A DNA stretch of 32,000 nucleotides, from positions 4,710,001 to 4,742,000 of the forward strand of contig OZ245049.1 in assembly GCA_965224465.1 (NCBI GenBank). The letters are read 5' to 3'. Source of the stretch: Flavobacteriaceae bacterium. Lineage in GTDB: Bacteria; Bacteroidota; Bacteroidia; Flavobacteriales; Flavobacteriaceae. Positions within the stretch are counted from its first letter, which is position 1, and each line of letters begins with the position of its first letter. Below the pieces are notes generated by a model. The model was not told where the DNA came from. It worked only from the letters and a program-made list of their open reading frames with translations, and ran no database searches. Below are positions 25,631-32,000 of the stretch, in pieces. The translations under genes were made by a program, and so were the position numbers.

Positions 25631-27316
25631 ATGGAAAAAGACTTAGAACAGCTATCAAAAAAAGCACTTATAGCCCTATTACAGGAGGCTAATTCTAAGT
25701 CAGATTTACTTATCAAAAAGACAAATTCTCTTAGCTCAAAGAATGAGTTACTTAATACAAAGACAAGTTCTCTTAGCGCAAAGAATGAGTTACTTACTAT
25801 AAAGACAAAAGACGTTACTTTACAAAAGGCTATCCTAGAAGCTCAATATAAAGAATTAGAGACAAAATACGGATATGGACAATTTCAATTAGAGCAATTA
25901 CGTCGTATGATTTTTGGGACAAAACGTGAGCGTTTTATAATGGCTAATAACCCTTTTCAAATGCAACTCCCTTTCGAAGTTTTAAAAGAGATGCCCCAGG
26001 AAGAAGAAGCTCCTGTAAACATTACATATCAACGTAAAAAGGCTAAAAAAAGAACGATTGGAAGTTTAAATCTCCCCAGTCATTTACCTGTTGAAATTAT
26101 TAATTTAGAGCCTAAAGAGACTATAGAGAACCGAATAAAAATAGGTGAAGAAATTACAGATAAATTAGAACTTGTACCCACAAAGCTATACATAAAACGA
26201 TATGTCAGACCAAAATACGCCTTAAAAAAGAAAGTACAAGACACATTGATTGACAATGGAAACCCTTTAGGTATTAAGACCGTTATTATGGCTGATTTAC
26301 CAAGTTTTGCTATTGAAAAATCTGTAGCATCAAACAGCCTGCTAGCACAGCTATTGATTGATAAATTCTTAGATCACTTACCGTATTATCGACAGATAGA
26401 ACGTTTTAAACGAGAAGGAATCTCTATAAGTTCATCTACAATAAATGGATGGCAAAACAGCTTAGGACACTTACTTAAGCCGCTGTATCAGGCTATGAAA
26501 AACACGGTGCTGTCACAAGGATATGTACAGGCCGATGAATCAACTATTCCAGTGCTAGACAAACAGAAAAAAGGAAAAACTCATACTGGATATCATTGGG
26601 TGTACTATTCACCCATACAAAAAATGGTATTGTTTGATTATCGTCCCTCTAGATCTAAACATGGACCTAGAGAAATGCTTAAAAACTTTAAAGGGTATTT
26701 ACAAACAGATGGCTACGCTGTATATGATGAATTTGCACATAAAAAAGATGTCACTTTAGTAGGGTGTATGGCACATGCACGTCGTTATTTTGAGAAAGCA
26801 CTAGACTATGACAAAGTAAAAGCGAGTCATGCGATGGTACTCATTCAACAATTATATGCCATTGAGCGACATTGTAAAAAACAGGAATTTACTCCTGAGC
26901 AACGGCATGCTTATCGCCTAGATAAAGCACAACCAATAATGGATACATTTATAAAATGGTTGATCCATAACACCCAAGGAAGCTTACCGAAAAGTCCACT
27001 AGGAAAAGCAATTACTTATACATTAAAACGATGGGACTACTTAAAAGCCTACCTGTATGACGGTACTTTAGAACTAGATAATAACCTAGTAGAAGGATCT
27101 ATCAGAACATTAGCTATTGGACGTAAAAATTATTTATTTGCAGGTAGCCATGATGCTGCAAAAAATGCAGCGATGTTCTATTCCTTTTTTGGGACTTGTA
27201 AAAAACACCAAGTAAACCCCTATAAATGGATGAAAAAAATACTGGATATAATCCCTGATTACAATGCTCAAAAATTAAGTGAGCTATTTCCACAAAATTT
27301 AAACCTCGATCAATAA
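25631..27316 (+). CDS. tnpC: IS66-family transposase (TnpC)
   Basis: 561 aa. N-terminal coiled coil, LPYYRQIERFKREGI, QADESTIPVLD, GYLQTDGYAVYD, GCMAHARRYF, LDNNLVEGSIRTLAIGRKNYLFAGS. Confidence 0.95.
   Translation: MEKDLEQLSKKALIALLQEANSKSDLLIKKTNSLSSKNELLNTKTSSLSAKNELLTIKTKDVTLQKAILEAQYKELETKYGYGQFQLEQLRRMIFGTKRERFIMANNPFQMQLPFEVLKEMPQEEEAPVNITYQRKKAKKRTIGSLNLPSHLPVEIINLEPKETIENRIKIGEEITDKLELVPTKLYIKRYVRPKYALKKKVQDTLIDNGNPLGIKTVIMADLPSFAIEKSVASNSLLAQLLIDKFLDHLPYYRQIERFKREGISISSSTINGWQNSLGHLLKPLYQAMKNTVLSQGYVQADESTIPVLDKQKKGKTHTGYHWVYYSPIQKMVLFDYRPSRSKHGPREMLKNFKGYLQTDGYAVYDEFAHKKDVTLVGCMAHARRYFEKALDYDKVKASHAMVLIQQLYAIERHCKKQEFTPEQRHAYRLDKAQPIMDTFIKWLIHNTQGSLPKSPLGKAITYTLKRWDYLKAYLYDGTLELDNNLVEGSIRTLAIGRKNYLFAGSHDAAKNAAMFYSFFGTCKKHQVNPYKWMKKILDIIPDYNAQKLSELFPQNLNLDQ
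25718..25801 (+). repeat. 42-bp tandem duplication inside tnpC coiled-coil region
   Basis: aagacaaattctcttagctcaaagaatgagttacttaataca / aagacaagttctcttagcgcaaagaatgagttacttactata (about 38/42 identical). Encodes KTNSLSSKNELLNT / KTSSLSAKNELLTI. Confidence 0.85.
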
Positions 27317-27330
27317 ATCGAGGTTTTTTT
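27302..27330 (+). terminator. Terminator at end of tnpC (inside IS66)
   Basis: Stem aacctcgat / atcgaggtt, with a loop containing the TAA stop, followed by a T-run. Confidence 0.7.
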
Positions 27331-27371
27331 ATGTATTTTTAATTCCTATACGTACTTCGTCGGACGGATAC

Positions 27372-27497
27372 TTGGATCATGATAGTTTAGAGGTTACTAA
27401 AACCAATTACACTAATACAGATAATTATGAAGAAAAAGAAGTTTCAAGAGAAGTAACTAGCTATAAGTTAAAAGATATAGGTTTAGTACAGCAATAA
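27372..27497 (+). pseudogene. Displaced 3' end of the YARHG immunity gene
   Basis: Reading on from the target duplication in the same frame as 24182.. gives LDHDSLEVTKTNYTNTDNYEEKEVSREVTSYKLKDIGLVQQ, stop at 27495-27497. Confidence 0.7.
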
Positions 27498-27549
27498 ACA
27501 AAAAGTTATTAATTAACAGATCAAGCCACAGCATAGTATACCGTAGAAA

Positions 27550-27699
27550 GAAGTGCCACCAGAACGTATGTTTCCAAGTACCAATATAGTACATCACTTT
27601 TATCCAATTGCTTGGGTGGAGTAGATGAGACTTGTTTTTGGAGAGGGTGGCGGAGATTGTTTTTGTAATAAAGATTTTACAGTTGATGATGTAAAGAAA
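27550..27699 (+). pseudogene. Toxin module 3, 5' fragment (junction copy 3 with in-frame TAG)
   Basis: EVPPERMFPSTNIVHHFYPIAWVE*MRLVFGEGGGDCFCNKDFTVDDVKK. TAG at 27622-27624 where modules 1, 2 and 4 have CAG (Gln). His to Tyr change in the motif. Upstream linker shortened relative to copies 1 and 2. Confidence 0.85.
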
Positions 27700-28821
27700 G
27701 CTGAATTCAAGTCACAAACGCAACTTTTAGTTAAATAATAATTGTTCCATTACAAATATAGGGTTTTGATATTTATGTCTCTTCCTAGGTCTGTTATTTA
27801 ATTTTGTTTCTACCTCTTTGATTCTTTGATCTGTTAGGTTTGTAAAGTCACTTCCTTTGGCAAAATATTGTCTAATCAAACCATTTAAATTTTCGTTAGA
27901 TCCTCTTTCCCAAGAGTGATATGGATGCGCAAAAAAGTAATCAATACATAAATTTTCTGCAACCTGCTCATGGCCTGCAAATTCTTTTCCATTATCAGCT
28001 GTTATAGTATGTAGATAAGGCTTCCAGTCTTCTAATATTTCATTGATAGCTTTAGTGACAACAACTGCTTCTTTAGAGCTTACTTTTTTCATTTTAAGCA
28101 TTCCAGAAGCTCTATCATTTACGGTAAGTATGGCTTGATTATGGTTTTTACCTATGATTAAATCGACCTCTAAATCTCCAAATCGATTTCTTTGTTCAAC
28201 AACTTCAGGGCGTTGTTCTATACTAATACGATTCTTTATAACCCCTCTAGAATCCTTTGATGAGCCACGTTTTCTATATCTCCTTCCCTGTCTGCGAAGG
28301 TGTGTATGTAAATCACCATCATTCCTCTTGTCTTCCCTAATATGCTGATATATACGCTCAATAGACACCGTTTCTTTACCTTGTTTTTTTAGGACACCAA
28401 CTACTTGCTCAGGACTATAATCGTCTCGCAATAACAACTCTATTGCTTGTTGAATATCTTCTGTAAAGCGTTTTCTTTTAGGCTTTTCTTTATGACGTTT
28501 AGCATACTTTTTTTGGGCTAATTCATGCTTGTAAACTCCATTTCTTTTGTCTGAATTACGCTTAATCTCTTTGCTAATAACAGACTTGTCTTTTCCTATA
28601 GCAGCTGCTATCTCAACCTGTTTATAACCTTGTTTTAACATGCAACAAATTGTGTATCTTTGCGCTTGGGTGATGTGTTTCATACAACTTCTTTTTTCGA
28701 GATTTGAGACCGTAAGATACATATCCATCAAGACAAGAAAGGTAGGTTTTCCTACTTTTCTGTTTTGAAAATATAACCATCATAGAATCAAATCGAAAAG
28801 TTGCGTTTATTAGTTGAATTT
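27700..28821 (-). mobile_element. IS30-family insertion sequence (about 1.12 kb) inserted in toxin module 3
   Basis: Imperfect ~26-bp terminal inverted repeats gaattcaagtcacaaacgcaactttt (27703-27728) and aaaagttgcgtttattagttgaattt (28796-28821). Apparent duplication aagaaa (27694-27699 and 28822-28827). Removing the IS plus one repeat restores the frame ..DDVKK IVKTITG.. Exact ends are uncertain by a few nt. Confidence 0.85.
27727..28731 (-). CDS. IS30-family transposase
   Basis: 334-aa ORF; the likely true start is MKHITQAQR at 28683. N-terminal HTH (YKQVEIAAAIGKDKSVISKEIKRN), DDE core with LEVDLIIG, TITADNGKEF, SWERGSNENLNGLIRQYF. Confidence 0.93.
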   Translation of the reverse strand: MMDMYLTVSNLEKRSCMKHITQAQRYTICCMLKQGYKQVEIAAAIGKDKSVISKEIKRNSDKRNGVYKHELAQKKYAKRHKEKPKRKRFTEDIQQAIELLLRDDYSPEQVVGVLKKQGKETVSIERIYQHIREDKRNDGDLHTHLRRQGRRYRKRGSSKDSRGVIKNRISIEQRPEVVEQRNRFGDLEVDLIIGKNHNQAILTVNDRASGMLKMKKVSSKEAVVVTKAINEILEDWKPYLHTITADNGKEFAGHEQVAENLCIDYFFAHPYHSWERGSNENLNGLIRQYFAKGSDFTNLTDQRIKEVETKLNNRPRKRHKYQNPIFVMEQLLFN

Positions 28822-30102
28822 AAGAAAATTGTTAAAACCATTACAGGAAAAGAAGAAATTTGGCAAGGAAAACAAGGTTATCCATGCCCTATAACAGATA
28901 AAAGTTATGACACACTAGTTAATGAATTAAACATAATGTTTGAAAAATATGATATTAATGAGTGTATTCAAAAAATAGCATTTTTAGCCCAAGTAGGAGC
29001 AGAAACAGGAATGTTTAGGCAATCAGTAGAAGAAAAGGGAAATACATCATCTAGCCAAAGTGTTTACAAAGGAAGAGGTATCATACAATTAACTGGAGGT
29101 ATAGTTACTTCAACGGGTTTGTATGATGAACCTGATGTATATCAAAGTTATGCTGATTATATTAAAGATCAGGATATTGTAACTAGCCCTAATACAATTG
29201 CAGAAAATATTCATTATACAATTGATTCTGCAGGATGGTATTTTTCAAAGCATAAAAAAATACCTAAATGGAGTACTACTACTACTACTGGGGCAAATGC
29301 AAGCGTTTATAAAAAGAAAAGGAAGCATTTTAGTAAAGCTTTGGGCAAATCTTTAAATGAAACATCTTTATTAATTAAAGAAGGTGCTAAGTATTTCTGG
29401 TTACAATCTAAGGTTATAAATGGGTATGGAAGAAGTCAATATTTGAAACCAGATCCAAATGGTTGGTCTCATAGGCTTAAGGTATTTAATAAATTGAATC
29501 CTATTTTTAAATTTAATACAGCTTGTATAAATAATCCTAATATTTATAAATTAAAGGATCGTGCATCATGGATACAGATAGCATATGGTGAATTATGGAC
29601 AGAAGAAATTTCTGGTTCAAAACATAATCCTAGAATACTTGAATATCATGCATCCGCAGGTCATACAGGTAGTAATATAACTGATGATAGTAATTGGCCA
29701 TGGTGTTCTTCTTTTGTATGTTGGGTATTTACTCAATCAAAAGAATATACAGGGGAAATAACGGCAAAAGCAACTAATTGGAATAATTGGGGCAAGGAAG
29801 ATTCTAAAGATAAACCTATGTATGGGTCATTAGCTGTTATAGATTGGGACGAAAATGATGATGGTGCAGGACATGTTGGATTTGTTGTTAATGTAGATGG
29901 AGACAATGTTTATTTACTAGGAGGTAATCAAACAGGTGGTGATAAAAGTACTTATGGTAAAGTATGTGTATCTCGCTATGACAAATCTGTAATTGATTAT
30001 TTTAGAATACCTGAAAACTATACTCCAGAACAAAAAGATTATAAATATGATGAATTTAAAAATACAAACCTCAGTGTTGAAACCTTATCTAGTACTCGTT
30101 AA
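28822..30102 (+). pseudogene. Toxin module 3, 3' part: GH19-like glycosidase plus TIGR02594/NlpC-P60-like domain
   Basis: The track ORF 28801..30102 starts at a TTG inside the IS30 inverted repeat. IAFLAQVGAETGMF and YKGRGIIQLTGG (GH19 signatures). WIQIAYGEL...NPRILEYHASAG, WPWCSSFVCWVF, AGHVGFVV...LLGGNQ (NlpC/P60-superfamily, TIGR02594-like). Confidence 0.8.
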
Positions 30103-31045
30103 AATAAGTATACTTGCTTTTTGTTTAATTTCGTGTAAAAATGAGAAAAAAGAAAATCTAATTTCTTCTCAGAATAGCATAAATAAAACTTACAAAGGAA
30201 GAAAAGTTATTAAAGAAGTTATGTTTAAATATAATAAACAAAACTTAAAATCTATATTTTTATTAAAAGAGGAAGGAGAACTCGGTACTAAAGGTTTTAC
30301 TAAAGAGTTAGAAGTTTTAATTTTAAATAAAGATATTTTAATTGATAGCTTTTCTTTTAAAAATAAAAGTATCCTTTGTGACTTAAAGATTTTAATTGAT
30401 GAAATTAAGGTTATAAATGAGGATAATCATCAAATTTTATTCTTTCCTATTATACATAGCTGTGATGGTGAAGAACCTAAATTGCTAAAAATAAATATTT
30501 GGGATGATAAGAAATCAAGTTATGAAATAGGTATTCCTGTATATTTTCAAAATTCAGAAAGTAAAAGAGAGTTTGCAGAAAGTGTTTCTTTAATTAATTT
30601 TAAATCAAATCAAATTAGAAATAACGCATATATTACAATAGGTAAAGAGACAAAAATTAATCTATTTAAAATTAAGGGTGAAAAATCTAATAAGATAGAT
30701 AGAGAAAATCCTAAATGTTTTACAGAATCTGATATTTCTAAAATCAAAGATTTTTTTGCTGTACCAACAAAAGATAATTTTTTTAATAATTTTGATAAAA
30801 AAGAAAATATAAGTGTAGAGTATATAGTTAGTTACTTGAAGAGTACAGATTGTTTAAATCAAAATATATCTATAACTAAAATTAATGATTGTACAGATGA
30901 ATTGAAATGTGAGATCTATTGTTCTTTCAATTTAACACAAGATGAAAAAGATGACGGAGAGCTAAGTGAGGAAACTTTATATATTTATTTTAATAAAATT
31001 AATGGCAAAATCTACTTAAATAAATTAGAGTCTGAAGGTAGATAA
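30047..31045 (+). CDS. Lipoprotein, immunity candidate 3
   Basis: Track ORF 29993..31045. The plausible start is the ATG at 30047, giving MMNLKIQTSVLKPYLVLVKISILAFCLISCKNE (lipobox LISC). Overlaps the toxin 3' end. Start uncertain. Confidence 0.65.
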   Translation: MMNLKIQTSVLKPYLVLVKISILAFCLISCKNEKKENLISSQNSINKTYKGRKVIKEVMFKYNKQNLKSIFLLKEEGELGTKGFTKELEVLILNKDILIDSFSFKNKSILCDLKILIDEIKVINEDNHQILFFPIIHSCDGEEPKLLKINIWDDKKSSYEIGIPVYFQNSESKREFAESVSLINFKSNQIRNNAYITIGKETKINLFKIKGEKSNKIDRENPKCFTESDISKIKDFFAVPTKDNFFNNFDKKENISVEYIVSYLKSTDCLNQNISITKINDCTDELKCEIYCSFNLTQDEKDDGELSEETLYIYFNKINGKIYLNKLESEGR

Positions 31046-31067
31046 GTGTTTTTCCACCTCTTCTGAT

Positions 31068-32000
31068 GTGAGCGTCACGCTCGTAACAACTCCAACACCA
31101 AAAACTAAAGTATATGAAAAAGAACCAAAAGAAACCGATAATGATATTGTGACTACAGAAGCGTTTTCTGTACGAAAAGTAACAGCTACTAAGGATAAAG
31201 ATGGTACAGAATGGTTACAAGTAAAAGGTAAAAGAAAACATAAAGATAAACAAGGTTGGATAAAATTAAGTGAACTAACAGAGATAAACCCATATGAATG
31301 GCAAATCCTTAATGATACCGGATCACAATACTTTTATCAATTTGGAGATTCTGTAGAAAATACCGAGCCTCATAATTTTGTTACTACATTATGGGAGCAA
31401 TTAAAGCAATACGATAGCGATAATGATAAAGTGTTAAGCGTATATGAGTTACAAAAAGCAAGAAGTTCAGAAGCAGGAGCTAAAATACTAAGTAAATTTA
31501 TATGTAAGCATTTTAGTGAGTGGGATACTAATAGCAAAATAAGAGATTTTAAAACTGAGGTAGAAAATATTTATAAAAAAGGAATAGAGCAAGAAACAGT
31601 TAAAGCTGAGATAACAGCTTTAGAAGAGGCAAGAGATAATAAAATAGCACTCTTAGAAGATAAAATTAATAACCTTTGTTTTTGGGATAAAATCCAAACA
31701 GGAGATCTTGTACCTACCAGTAAACGTAAACAAGATTATATTGACAAACATAAACCTGTGCGTACAAGTATGTTACCGAAAGGCACAAGTAAAGAAGAGA
31801 TACGTTTAGCAAAAGAGTTTGATGACTTAGAGAAAGAAAGAACACCTAGAAAATTCCCTACGGATTCTAATGTGTATCACTTCCATCCTATTGCATTTGT
31901 TGAGCAGATGAAGATGATATGTGCTACTACACCACCTTGGATGGAGGTGGCTTTAGCAGAAGCTAAAAAAGCTAAGTTTATTAGAGAAACTTTGAGTCCA
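31068..32000 (+). CDS. Toxin module 4 (partial, continues past window): N-terminal scaffold paralog plus junction plus start of a TIGR02594-like domain
   Basis: Not in the ORF track because there is no stop inside the window. Frame open from 31029; the first start is GTG at 31068. Paralogous to module 1: TEWLQVKGKRKHKDKQGWIKLSEL, EF-hand DSDNDKVLSVYE, FICKHFSEWD, coiled coil, junction KFPTDSNVYHFHPIAFVEQM (31854-31910), then PPWMEVALAEAKKAKFIRE. Confidence 0.75.
   Translation, partial: MSVTLVTTPTPKTKVYEKEPKETDNDIVTTEAFSVRKVTATKDKDGTEWLQVKGKRKHKDKQGWIKLSELTEINPYEWQILNDTGSQYFYQFGDSVENTEPHNFVTTLWEQLKQYDSDNDKVLSVYELQKARSSEAGAKILSKFICKHFSEWDTNSKIRDFKTEVENIYKKGIEQETVKAEITALEEARDNKIALLEDKINNLCFWDKIQTGDLVPTSKRKQDYIDKHKPVRTSMLPKGTSKEEIRLAKEFDDLEKERTPRKFPTDSNVYHFHPIAFVEQMKMICATTPPWMEVALAEAKKAKFIRETLSP

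Larger units (their letters stand above)
24853..27371 (+). mobile_element. IS66-family insertion sequence (2519 bp) with 8-bp target site duplication
   Basis: Perfect 13-bp terminal inverted repeats gtatccgtccgac (24853-24865) and gtcggacggatac (27359-27371). Flanked by direct repeats ttggatca (24845-24852 and 27372-27379). Carries the three-ORF IS66 organisation. Confidence 0.95.

Noticed and set aside
25386-25667. Minus-strand ORF inside IS66 (and 28154..28348 plus-strand inside the IS30 transposase)
   Set aside because: They are antisense shadows of transposase genes.
29993-30046. N-terminal 18 codons of track ORF 29993..31045
   Set aside because: They lie inside the toxin CDS. The signal-peptide-like sequence starts at the Met-Met at 30047. 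The start remains uncertain.
31083-31130. Similarity of TTPTPKTKVYEKEPKE at the start of module 4 to the APAPETKVEEKEVPPK linker before the junction, considered as a fifth junction remnant
   Set aside because: It is a low-complexity Pro/Thr/Lys/Glu sequence. It aligns at least as well with the VEEVTVEKEKVV region near the N-terminus of module 1, and no FPS..HHFHP motif follows it.
1-32000. Scan for tRNA, rRNA and CRISPR arrays
   Set aside because: There are no cloverleaf-like GC-rich ~75-nt segments and no rRNA-like conserved blocks. The only regularly spaced direct repeats are the 42-bp duplication in tnpC and the cassette junctions.

Overview
AT-rich window that looks like a Bacteroidota (Flavobacteriia-type) chromosome segment. 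That origin is inferred from the Bacteroidetes-type TssD/Hcp proteins, the many lipobox ORFs and the IS content. All family assignments below come from motif recognition by eye; no database search was run.

Layout:
(1) 1-5350: the tail of a sensor kinase, a receiver-only response regulator, and one 1274-aa ORF that fuses a PrpE-like and an Acs-like acyl-CoA synthetase in frame. A 36-bp repeat brackets this gene.
(2) 5631-7405: two minus-strand hypothetical envelope proteins.
(3) 8016-17504: an auxiliary type VI secretion (T6SS-iii style) cargo island. It holds a decayed Hcp-extension gene, two intact tssD/hcp genes, vgrG, an unknown 321-aa protein, a DUF4280 PAAR-like protein, an 897-aa OmpA-domain effector candidate, a lipoprotein and one more unknown. 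No sheath, baseplate or membrane-complex genes are in the window.
(4) 17505-19180: possible gene remnants plus two overlapping unknown ORFs.
(5) 19180-32000: the most interesting part. It is a tandem array of four cell-wall-hydrolase toxin modules; the three that end inside the window are each followed by a lipoprotein gene (immunity candidate), and the fourth runs off the window end. Three modules share a sharply bounded 80-90 nt near-identical junction encoding RMFPSTxIVHHF(H/Y)PIA(F/W). The fourth keeps the motif at protein level only. Downstream of the junction the toxin domains differ. This is a polymorphic-toxin/orphan-cassette architecture that is not built on Rhs, CdiA or LXG scaffolds.

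An IS66-family element with an 8-bp target duplication has clipped one immunity gene. An IS30-family element plus a TAG mutation have inactivated one toxin.
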